Positions 12,565 through 23,618 of a stretch of DNA of 64,000 nt are shown here, piece by piece. Where the stretch lies: contig JAXLNO010000362.1 of assembly GCA_038087875.1 (NCBI GenBank), positions 1-64,000 on the forward strand, given 5' to 3'. Both the position numbers and the translations under genes were made by a program. This DNA comes from Malacoraja senta. Lineage: Eukaryota. Position 1 is the stretch's first letter, and the number at the start of each line of letters is the position of its first letter. Under the pieces are notes generated by a model that worked only from the letters and a program-made list of their open reading frames with translations, had not been told where the DNA came from and did no database searches.

Positions 12565-12750
12565 ACTCACACACTCTCACTCACACACTCTCTCTCTCCC
12601 CCTCTATCTCTCTCTCACTTTCTCTCTCAATCACTTTCTCTCTCTCTCTCTCCCTCTCACACTCGCAGTTTCACTTTCTCTCTCCCCCTTTCTCCCTCTC
12701 CTCTTTCTCACTCTCTGCCACTCTCACACTCTCTCTCACACACTCTCACA
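12565..12750. repeat. (CT)/(CA) compound microsatellite
   Basis: Direct reading. Confidence 0.9.
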
Positions 12751-13454
12751 TAGTTAGATAAATCCTCCCCCAACCAAGTCGCACCAGCTTCTCGTTTTCA
12801 CCCAACAAACCGCTAACAGCGTCCTGTTTCCTTTATCATCGTTACTTTGTTTGCATCTATCTTTCATTCATTGTTCTTTATCTCTCTCTACATCATCATC
12901 TACACAGAGTCATACATTGTGGAAACAGGCCCTTCGGCCCAACAGCCCACACCGGCCAACATGTCCCAGCTGCACTAGTCCCACCTGCCTGCGCTTGGTC
13001 CATATCCCTCCCAACTTGTCCTGTCCATGTACCTTTATAACTGTTTCTTAAACTTTGGGGTAGTCCCAGCCTCAACTACCTCCTACAGCAGCGTGTTCCA
13101 TACACGCACCACCCTTTGTGTGAAAAAGTAACCTCTCAGATTTGTTTCCCCTTCACCTTGAACCTATGTCCTCTGGTCCTCGATTCCCCTGGGCAAGAGA
13201 CTCTGCATCTACCCGATCTATTCCTCTCATGATTATATACACCTCTATAAGATCACCCCTCATCCCGCTGCACTTCAAGGAATTGAGTCCCATCCTCCTC
13301 AACCTCTCCCTGTAGTTTAGGCCCCTCGAGTCTCGACTGAAATGTCACCTGTTCCTTCTCTCCAGAGATTCTGCCTGTTCCACTGAGTTACTCCAGCTTT
13401 TTGTGCCCATTTTTGTATCATCTGTAGTTGAGATTAAATGCAAAGTTCCACTAC

Positions 13455-13521
13455 CTGATTGGTGGCAGAGTGTGGGCAGTAGGTCACATTGGTGTCTTGG
13501 TTTCCTGAAGCATCTTCCCTC
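13455..13521 (-). CDS. Siglec/MAG-like receptor, cytoplasmic exon (REDASGNQDTNVTYCPHSATNQ)
   Basis: 67-nt exon in unique sequence, acceptor ttgctgcag, donor CAG|gtagtg. Phase 2/0 bridges the TM exon and the last exon. Confidence 0.78.
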
Positions 13522-13660
13522 CTGCAGCAACAGAAGATCACACCAAGTTTACAGCACATCTGCACATCAGCAAAGTCCAAGTACAAAGTTGCAGTTGTAT
13601 TAGACGTTGGTCATAAAGTCATTAATGATAGGAGCAGTATTAAGTCATTCGGCCCATCAA

Positions 13661-16600
13661 TTTTACTTCGGAGTCACGTGAGTGACTACGTGAAGAACCC
13701 CGTCAGGGCGCATGCGCGTCATTACGTCTGACGCATTGGCGACAACGGCAGCGGCAGCACGGAGCTCCTGCTGCAGGTGAGTAATTACAGCTCCACCAAA
13801 GTCGGGGAGACTTTGGAGGAGTTAGAAAAAAGTAAAGAAATTGTTTCTGTGTGTTTTTTCCCCCACATACAGGAACAAGGAAAAGGTGCAGGTCTGCTGC
13901 CGACAAGGAGACAGAGAGCTGCGGGACGCAGTCTCTGAAAGGCAGCCTGTCACCTCGGGGGAGTCGCAAGCCGGTAGCGGTGCGGCGACAGACTTGGCAA
14001 AGTGCCCAGCCGGGTACACAGCCAACGCCAGTCGGGCGGTAGGCATAACCCAAGTCTGTCAGGGCTATAGACTCCGCAGAGTCGGGCCACGAGAGTCCCG
14101 TCGGGGACAGGATACCGTTCCCCAGGGGTTATCCAAAAAGGAGCAGCTCATACAGGGGCTGCTCCACAGAGACGCTCCAGGAGGACTTGTGCAGGCGGGA
14201 AGCCATAGGGAAGGCTCCGTTGGCAGTGCCTAGGAGAGGTCTGCTTCATAAAGCCACACTCCAGGAGGAGTAGTGCAGGCGGGAAGCCTTAGGGAAGGCT
14301 CCGCTGGCAGTGCCTCGGAGAGGTCTGCTTCATAAAGCCATACTCCAGGAGGAGTTGTGCAGGCGGGAGGCCGTGGGGACGGCTCTGCTGGCAGTGCCTA
14401 GTAGAGGCCTGCTTGAAAGCACCCTCTTTGCAAGAGGTGAGTGCAGAAGGGCAGATACGTTCTGACCCTGAGTCCGACGACTTCCAAAGGGAGGGCAGGC
14501 AGCTGTCAGAGCTGACACCGTGTGCAGCACGGTTTGCCATGTCGTCGGACGCTGGTGAGCCTCTGGGTGAGGAACTTGCCACCAGCATAAATTACCAAGT
14601 CTCACATCAGCTACAGGAGCTGACAATGGATGAGACAGTAACGAAGTATGAAGCCCCAATCAACTGTGGACTGTTAAAAGTTCCTGTTAGGAACAGGAAG
14701 AATTGGGGCAAGATGGGCATACTAATGAAAGCCCAGGAGCATGTGAAGCTCCAGCATATTTTTAAAGTTGCTGGCATCTGGTATAACGAGCTTTGCCAGG
14801 ATGGTGGATGGAGAGGTCATGACAAATTACAACAAAAGGCGCTATTGTGGAGTGCGCACTTTGAGATCAACTGCCTCCGCAAGATGCGATTAGACCAACC
14901 ATCAATGCTAAATATGCTTCACTCTGCCAGCCTGGCACAGTGCAACCGGCACAGCTGTTTGGCGAGGATTTCGCACAGCAGGTGAAGGAGCTGGAGGAGG
15001 AGGCTAAGACGGCAGCCACCTATTCACCAAAGCGGAATTATCCCTATAAGGGAGCAGACTGGTCCGGGCAAGGGACGAGTCCAGCTACGATGCAGCGCAG
15101 TTGGCGTTCGGCTGTAGCACCACCACGGAGGTGAGATATCCAGCTCAAGGCCGGGGAAGAATGCCAGGTGGTAAGGAGGTAAGAGGGTCTGGTTCTCATG
15201 TAGACAGATCTAATGTGATACAATTAAATGTTTACCTCAGATATGTTTATACTGAAGGTTTAAAATTCAGCTGGATGGGGCAATTATGCCAATACAATCC
15301 ACTGCCTCATGGTTTCTCTTCAGCTCCTAGAGGGATTACAAAGTTGTTAAAACCTATTCTAGGCATGATGAGAAGTCAAGGTCATGTCCTCATGGCTTAG
15401 CTAGATAATATCTTGATTGTAGGACAATCAAAGGAAACAGCTGAAGCATCAGTGGCAGTTGGTAAAAAACATTTTTTAATTGGGCTTTATAAGCTATCCA
15501 GAGAAATCTAAATTTATACCTGTGACACAAATTGACTAGTTGGGTTCACAATGGACTTAATCAACATCATTGTGACCTTGCCCAGGCAAAAAAGGGTAGA
15601 GCTAATTAAGAGCTATATCAAGTTAATTGCTGACACACAGCCTTCAATTAGCCAGGTGACAAGTCTGCTGTGGTAATGGCTGGCAGCATTTCCAGCAGTT
15701 CAATATGGCCACTTTATTATCTACAATTACAAAGGTCAAAGGAACAAGCATTGAGGATACATTGGGGTCATTATAATAGACCTATGCTTCTATCAATCGA
15801 GGCTGTTGCTGATGTACAATGGTGGATTCAGCATGTGTCCACTAGTAGTTCCAAAGTGTTATTGGACCAAGCTTCCATGATTTGCAGACAGATGTCAGAG
15901 CACTTGGGTAGGGTGCTACTGATACAAGATCCAGCGGTGGAGACAGATGAACATTGCTTCTGCAAACATGGGGAATTAACCAAGAGTATTTTATGGACTC
16001 AAGGCTTATGGCACTAACTAAACTAGTTTGCATGTGCAGTGCAAAATAGACAACACTACAGCAGTTGCTGATATGAATCACATGGGTGGAATCAAATCGT
16101 TATCATGTGACAGGTTGGCAAATACAATTGGACCTGGAGTAGGGATAGAGAGATTTGGATTGGAGCTATCTATCTGCCAGGGAAACTTAATGTAGTACCA
16201 AATGGCAGCTCACGAAAATTCCATCATAACACAGAGTGGATGTGGAACCAGGATGTGTTCGAGAACATAGTACTTCTATATGGAAGGCCAAAATATGTTT
16301 CATAGGCACCAGATCCAGGGGCAGTGGCAATTGATGTTTTTTCACTAAATTGGGATGATATGTTTGTGTACATTTTCCCACCATTCTGCCTCATAGGTCG
16401 GTGTTTGAGAAAATCAAGCAGGATGCCGCTTCAGGGGTTTTGGTGATACCAAATTGCCTGATTCAACCATGGTTCCCTTTGATGTTACAGATAGCGATCC
16501 AACCTCTTTTTGCTGATTCCAAACAGTAGGAATTTGCTGGAGCATCCAGTAACGCATTAAGTTCATCCTTTATGTGATGGTATGGATCTGTTAATTTGCA

Positions 16601-18144
16601 GGTTTTAAGAATGCCTTACATTGGTCGAGGACTTTCTAGGCCAATGGTGGATATACTCACTGCAGCCTGGAGAAACAGTACTCAAAAACAGTATATGACT
16701 TATGAAAAAAAAAAAAAAAAAATGGGAACAATATTGTGTTCAAAAGAATATTCAATATGATACTGTAGTTATTGAAAATGTGTTAGAGTTTATCTACACT
16801 TTATTATGATGAGGGTCTTAGCTATACTGCTATCAATACAGCTAGAAGTGCTTGGTCGGCATATCTTGTAATAGGTACACGGACACAAAGTATAGGTTCT
16901 CACCCTCTCATATCTAGGTTGATGAAAGGAATCTTTAATTCCAAACCGCCTAAGCCTAGGTATATGGTAATCTGCGAGGTAAGTGTTGTTCGTAACATAC
17001 TTCGTCATTGGGTCCCTGTCACGTCTATAACTTTGTTAAAATTAACCATGAAATTGGCTATGCTAATGGCATTGGTGTCAGTACAGAGAGTGCAGACTTT
17101 CCAAAAACTTCAGTTCGAGAGAATGGAAGTGAATACAAAGAATGTTCTGTTTTATATTTCTGACCTGCTCAAACAAAGCAGGCCAGGTGTGACAGGTTTT
17201 AAGATTGTGTTCTCAGCATATCCTACAGCTCCATGTTTATGTGTGAGGACACATTTGTTACATTAAATTGAAGCCACAAGGGCTTTAAGACAAGAAGAAA
17301 CAGGATTATTTGTCAGTTACAAGAAGCCAACATAATAGAGTGGCAGTTCAGACTATCTCAAGGTGGTTAAAGCAAGAGTTGGTTCAGGCAGGAATTAACA
17401 TTTATGTGTTTACATCTCATTCCACTAGCGCAGTAGCAACATCCGCGGCCAGGGCGATGGACGTTCCCATCGACCATATATTAAAAGCCGCAGGTTGGAA
17501 AAATGAACTTGTGTTTCAGCAATACTGCCATCGGCCGATTGCTGATGGAGGGCTGTTTGCCAACTCAATATTGAGTGCTGTTGCTATTGTTTAAAGTCTG
17601 TTTTCAATACTGTTTCATTCTGTTTCGTTTGTTGCCCTACATTAAGAGGGTTTATTGGTTGTTTTATGACCAAAAATAAAACTCTTTTGTTTTTGCATGA
17701 TATGCAATGTCATGTTTACAGCATTATTGATGACACTCAGAGTCAATCGATGCAGTGAGAAGCCGGGATTTTGATCTGCTGCATAAAAATCACAGAGCTT
17801 TAAAATCTTCACGTAGACACTCACGTGACTCCGAAGTAAAATAGTAAGATTAAACGAGAACTTACCAGTTTGAAGTTTGATCTTTATTTTATGAGGAGTT
17901 ACGTTAGTGATTACGTGCCCGCCACGCCCAACCCTCTCTCATAGAAAAAAGGTCATAATGGTAGTTCTCATGTTGATCATCTTAATATGTTACTTCAATT
18001 ATGGTGTTGTCTGTGATTTCATACCGCTGCTTTGAAGATTGACGCGCATGCGCCCTGACGGGGTTCTTCACGTAATCACCAACGTAACTCCTCATAAAAT
18101 AAAGATCAAACTTCAAACTGGTAAGTTCTCGTTTAATCTTACTA
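13661..18144 (+). mobile_element. DIRS1-type tyrosine-recombinase retrotransposon, copy 1 (degraded, RT N-terminus deleted)
   Basis: Left end ttttacttcggagtcacgtg; ICR at about 17806-17917; right ITR and extension ending cttacta; LPHGFSSAPR RT motif; YR motifs ...QTISRWLK...SHSTSA. Splits a CR1 UTR (ccatcaa|gtctac) with no TSD. Confidence 0.93.
14175..14415 (+). repeat. 84-bp tandem repeat, about 3 copies, in the gag region of DIRS copy 1
   Basis: ctccaggagg recurs at 14175, 14259 and 14343. Confidence 0.9.
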
Positions 18145-18238
18145 GTCTACTTCGCCATTCAATCATGGCTGATCTAACTCTTCCTCCTAATCCCATTCTC
18201 CTGCCTTTTTCCCATAACCCCTGACATCCGTACTAATC

Positions 18239-19108
18239 TAGGGGCTAATCAGCACTGCATTGAGGGCAGCCTCTGCCTACAGCCTGTTTGTTTTTCAATC
18301 TTTTTTAAACCTTTAGTCAGTTTAAAGTCTGTTTTGGGGGGGATCTTTGACTTTTCTATGTGGGGGAAGGGGGCAAGGTAAGGGGGAAACCGTTTCCCAG
18401 TCACTTCCTGGCGGGGACACGACCATTTCTCCGAGTCGCGTCCTCGTCCCCCTCCTCACAGCCTAACACCTGGATCGGAGCGGCCTTTCCTGCTGGGGAC
18501 CGGGAACCGGACCAGAGCTACAACAGCGGTGGCACAGCGCTGAATTCACCGCGGAGCGGGCGATGCCGACCTGGATCGCCGTTTGGAGCTCCGGAGCATT
18601 GGGCCGCTGCTCCAACATCGTGGAGCTGCGGTTTGGGAGAGCTTCCAGCACGGCCTGCGCTGAACAACATCGCGGAGTCCTGGGGCCCTTTGCCGAGGGC
18701 CGCCAGCGTTGAATCTCCGCCCAGCGCGGCCTGCGGACTTTGGGAGCCACGGACGCCAGTAGGAGGTGGCCGACTCTGATGTCCAGGCCGCTGAGGACGT
18801 CCCTCCGCCCCGACGCCGGACTGACATCACCCCGGCGAGCGGGCCTGAACATCGGGCCGCCCGTAGCGGCGACTGCGGAGGGCTCGGGGAGGCCCCGACC
18901 GCAGGTGAACATTGGGGAGCATTAGAGGAAGAGACTGACTTTGGTGCCTTCCCTCACAATGGGAAACTTTGATTCTGCTGTGTGGGGATGTTTTATGTTG
19001 AACTCTATCGTGTGTTGTGGTCTTTATTTTTTATTGTATGGCTGTATGGTTATCTCATTTCACTGTGTCATCTGGCACATGTGACAAATAAATGTATCTT
19101 GTATCTTG
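18239..19108 (+). mobile_element. GC-rich non-coding retroposon with a Rex1/Babar-like tail
   Basis: Inserted in a CR1 UTR with apparent TSD taatc; ends gtgacaaataaatg(tatcttg)n; body resembles 26746-27640. Confidence 0.65.
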
Positions 19109-19845
19109 TAATCAATAACCTATCTGCCTTAAAAATATCCATTGACTTGGCCTCCACAGCCTTTTGCGGCAAAGAATTACACAGATTCACCACCCTCTGA
19201 CTAAAGAAATTCCTCTCATCCTAAAGGAACGTCCTTTAATTATGAGGCTACGACCTCTAGTCCTAGACCCTCCCACTAGTGGAAACATCCTCTCCACATC
19301 CACTCAATCCAAGTCTTTCACTATTCAGTAGGTTTCAATGCATTTAGAGTATTGTGTTCAGTTCTGGGCACCATGTTGTCGGGGAGATGTTGTCAAGGTC
19401 GAAAGGGTGCAGAGAAGATTTACGAGGATGTTGCCAGGACACGAGGGCCTGAGCTACAGGGAGAGGTTGAGCAGGTGGCTTCTCTATTCCTTGGAGCACA
19501 GGAGGATGAGGGGTGATCTTATAGAGGTATATAAAATCATGAGAGGAATAGATCGGGTAGACGCACAGAGCATCTTGCCCAGAACATCTTGCCCAGTGTG
19601 GGGAATTGTGGACCAGAGGGCAGAGAGAAGGGGGGGGGGGAAGATTCAATAAGAACCTGAGCGCTAACATTTTCACACAAAGGGTAGTGGGTGTATGGAA
19701 CGAGCTGCCGGAGGAAGTAGTTGAGCCATGGGAGTAACGTTTAAGAAACAGTTGGACAGGTACATGGATAAGACAGGTTTAGAGGGACATGGACCAAACA
19801 AAGGCAGGTGGGACTAGTGTAGATGGGGCATGTTGGCCAATATGG

Positions 19846-22170
19846 CAGGGCTCGAAATTAGCGGTTGCCCGGGTGCCATTGACCACCCAAAGTGCCGCCG
19901 GGCAACCTAAACACCGAGTCATTTTGCCCGGCTTGGCAATGAAATACTGGTTTATACCGATAGACACAAAAAACTGGAGTAACTCCGCGGGTCAGGCAGC
20001 ATCTCTGGAGAATAGGAACGTGACGTTTCGTGTCGGCGGCGACTGTGCGGGGCAAAGATACTAGGTGCGTGGTGACGAAGGGTCGGAGCGAATGACGGCC
20101 CCGAACAGCGGCAGCAGCGGCCGTGACATCGGCTCCACGTCCTCCTCCTCCCGCACCCCGCCCGGCGGAAGGGGGCTTCCCTCTCCCTCCTCCCAGCCTC
20201 GGCGTGCGAGAGGGGTTGTTTTGAAAGCGCCATTCGTGGATTTGCAAGCAGCGGCCGCTATCGCCCTGATAACGGCAGCTGCTTGCAAATCCGCCAACGC
20301 CGCTTTCAAACAACCCCTCTCGCACGCCGAGGAGGGAGGGAGAGGGAGAGGGAGGCAGAGGAATCCTTCTGCCGTCTGAAGCAGCTGCACCAAAGATACT
20401 ATAGCTATAGGATCTTTGAGCTGCACCGCTCGGCCCCTCACCTTGCTGTCGGCTGGCGGAGGAGGGGAGGCGGTGGCGAGGAGATACCAACTGCCACCCC
20501 CTTTGGCGGCGGCACTTTGGCGTTGGACAGGGACGGCCAAGACAGCGGGTGATATTGTCCGAGGAGCGCTGACCTTCCTTCCTCCTTCCCCACCTCCTCT
20601 GCCCCTTCCCCCTCTCTCTCTCTCTCTTGTACGCCCCCCTCCACCCCTCTTATACTGGGACCCCTTCTCTCCATCCCGCACTGATCCCCATTCCCTTCTC
20701 TATTCAGTCCTCACTCACATCCCCTGTGCTCCCCTCCCCATCTACTCCCCCCCCATCTATTCATCACCCTACCCACCTCGCATTGATTCTCCTGCCATCC
20801 CCCCATCCATGCTACACTGGACCCCCAATTCATCCTGTACTGACTCCCCTTCCCATCCATCCTGCACTTCTCCCCCCATTCATACTGCACTGAACCACCC
20901 ATTCATCCCGTGCTGACCCACCCTCCATTTAACCTGCACCAATCCCCCCATCCATCCTGTAGTGATCTCCCCATTCATCTTTTACTAATCCCCCATTCAT
21001 CCTGTACTGAACCCCTCATTCATCCTATACTGATCCCCTCATTCATCCCATACTGATCCCCTCATTCATCCTGTAGTGATATCACATTCATCCTGCATAG
21101 ACCCTCCAATCCACACTGTCCTGACTCCCCCCCATTCATCCTGTACTGACCCCCCACATTCATCCTGTACTGATCCCCCCATTCAAGAAGAATGGGGGGA
21201 ACAGTCTGAAGAAGGGTCTCGACCGGAAACGTTGCCTATTTCTTTTGCTCCATAGATGCTGCCTCACCCGCTGAGTTTCTCCAGCATTTTTGTCTACCCC
21301 CATTCATCCTGTAGTGACCCCCATTCATCCTGTACTGATCTCCCCCCCCATCCATCCCGTACTGAACCCCCATTCAACACCACTGACATCACCCATGCTC
21401 TCCCCTCACAATTTTACATACTCCAACCAACACGTACTAATTCACCTGCCTCAATCCATCCATTCCGCACCGATTGCCTTCTCAACCCCCTCCCCCCCCC
21501 CCCGCCATCTATCCACCCTGCATTGATTCACACACCCCCCCTCCCTGACCCTATTGTGCTTCATGGTCTTCAGAGCGAACATTTACTATGTTTGATAATG
21601 GAATGCAATCAAATGTGTTTTAATTCCCAATGTTATTATTTGTTTTGACACTGTTAAACATATTACCAAAAGAACATTTGCTGCAGTTATGTACTTTGGC
21701 CATCTCTTGTCAGTTAGTATAATGTTTAACCTGTCAGATGGGTATAGTCGGTTTTAACAGCTATTATAAAATGCCTTTAGAAATTTCCTTGCAACCTGTA
21801 TATTTTGTTATGGATAAATTATGTGGGAAGCGAGAGTGTTTCTGTACCAATAGCAATAACGACCCATGATAAGGCCATGTCATGATAATTTTCGGTCTTT
21901 CACAGAGAACATGCTTGCATCAATCTGTAGTGTACATGGTTAAGCATATATGTTACCATGGTCCAGGATTTATTGACACAGGTTGATCATATGCTGAATA
22001 ATCCAACCACATTTTTGTTCGGAAGTGGAAAGAACTAATAGAAATTGCATTAATTACAAGGTGTAAAAAGAGTTGAGATATTGTATTATAATGTTATGTC
22101 ATTGTGGTATATATCATGTCTTGATTGGTGAATATGTTCAGTTTGTGAGTTATTTGAAGCAGAAATAATA
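19846..22170. mobile_element. Possible non-autonomous DNA transposon with GC-rich and C-rich tandem segments
   Basis: Abrupt start cagggctcgaaa truncating a CR1 UTR. No matching right TIR found, so boundaries are uncertain. Confidence 0.3.
20640..21545. repeat. Degenerate ~22-bp C-rich tandem repeat (cccccattcatcctgtactga)
   Basis: Direct reading. Confidence 0.8.
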
Positions 22171-22180
22171 TGTGAATGTA

Positions 22181-22357
22181 GACAAAAGTGCTGGAGAAAC
22201 TCAGCGGAAGCAGCAGCATCTATGAAGTGAAGGAAATAGGCAACGTTTCGGGCCGAATCCCTTCTTCAGACTGATGGGTTTTGGTCTGAAACGTTGCCTA
22301 TTTGCTTCGCTCCATAGATGCTGCCTGACCCGCTGAGTTACTCCAGCACTTTGTACC
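22181..22357. repeat. Inverted pair of Penelope-derived terminal repeats
   Basis: Arm gctggagaaactcagcgg...ataggcaacgtttc is mirrored by gaaacgttgcctat...ccgctgagttactccagc. Confidence 0.75.
22242..22269 (-). ncRNA. Minimal hammerhead ribozyme motif
   Basis: CUGAAGA-A-GGG(auucgg)CCC-GAAA-CGUU on the minus strand. Confidence 0.6.
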
Positions 22358-22507
22358 TATCCATGTTACCAGAGATGCTGCCTGACTTGCCGAGTTACTC
22401 CAGCATTTTGTGTCTGTGAACAGGAGTTATCCTGGCAGAAGCAGTCAAAGAAGCAGATGACAAAGAGATGGATTTGGAAGTAAAAATGTGGATTTATTTA
22501 AACTTAC

Positions 22508-22604
22508 CGCAGTATATACTTGTAGATGATGAATCCAGCTAGCTCAGCGATCAGTATTATCCCTGCTGTGAGCAAAACTGCCATCCAAATACTGAAGCTT
22601 TTAC
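22508..22604 (-). CDS. Siglec/MAG-like receptor, transmembrane exon (GKSFSIWMAVLLTAGIILIAELAGFIIYKYILR)
   Basis: Not in the ORF track. 97-nt exon with acceptor ttcttacag and donor CG|gtaagt, phase 1/2. Hydrophobic helix followed by basic residues. Confidence 0.88.
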
Positions 22605-23618
22605 CTGTAAGAACAACCAGAGGTTTGGGTTCAGTTATTACAGTTTAATTTATTGTCATGTGTAACGAGGTACAGTGAAAAGCTTTTGCGCCGTGCTATC
22701 CAGTCAGCGGAAAGGGAACACATGATTACAATCGAGCTGTCCACAGTGAAAATAAAGGGAATAACGTTTAGTGCAAGATAAAGCCAGCAAAGTCCGATCA
22801 AAGATAGTCCGAGGGTCACCAATGAGGTAGGTAGTAGTTCAGGACTGCTCCCTAATTGTGGTAGAATGGTTCAGTTGCCTGATAACAGCTGGGAAGAAAC
22901 TGTCACTGAATCTGGAGGTGTGCGTTTTCACGCCAGTGGGCGAGGGACAGATCTCCCTGCCTCTCTCTCTCTGCCTCTATCTCTCTCTCTGCCTCTCTCT
23001 CTCTGCCTCTCTCTCTCTCTTTCTGCCTCTCTCTGATCGTAGCTTGTCTTCTGACGTAGGTGCTGTCATAGGTTGTCGCCAGGATGAAGTAGGTTGTCAC
23101 CGGTGCTACCGGTTTCACTGTAGCTCGGCACACATGACAATAAACTAAACTGTAACATAGTCTTATAGTAGTGTATAAATCATGAGAGGATTAGACCGGG
23201 TAGATGCACAGAGTCTCTTGCCCGGAGTAGGGGAATTGAACACCAGAGGCTATAGGGTGAAGGTAAGGGGGAAAAGATTTAATAGGAATCTAAGGGGTAA
23301 CTTTTTCACACAGAGGGTGGTGGGTGTATGGAATCTGCTGCCAGATGCGGACATTGAGTCGGGGACTATCCCAACATTTACGAAACAGTTATACAGGTGC
23401 ATAGATAGGACTGGTTTGCAGGGATATGGACCAAGCACAGGCAGGTGGGACTAGTGTAGCTGGGGCATGTTGGCTGGTGTGGACAAGTTGGGCCGAAGGG
23501 TCTGTTTCCACGATGAATCACTATAACTCTATGAGAGGATGTTTAGAGGGATATGGGCCTGTTTTCATGCGATGTGACTCTATGACTCTATGACATCTTG
23601 CCTGCTGCAGATGTTAGA

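Noticed and set aside
12503..12566. Possible extra cytoplasmic exon VENINNMAEPGSVGTFSLM with a gtatta donor
   Set aside because: No valid acceptor (preceded by a purine-rich microsatellite), and the model is already in phase without it.
19858..20916. GC-rich ORFs suggesting a CpG-island gene
   Set aside because: No recognisable protein or exon chain; embedded in repeat-like sequence inside an intron.
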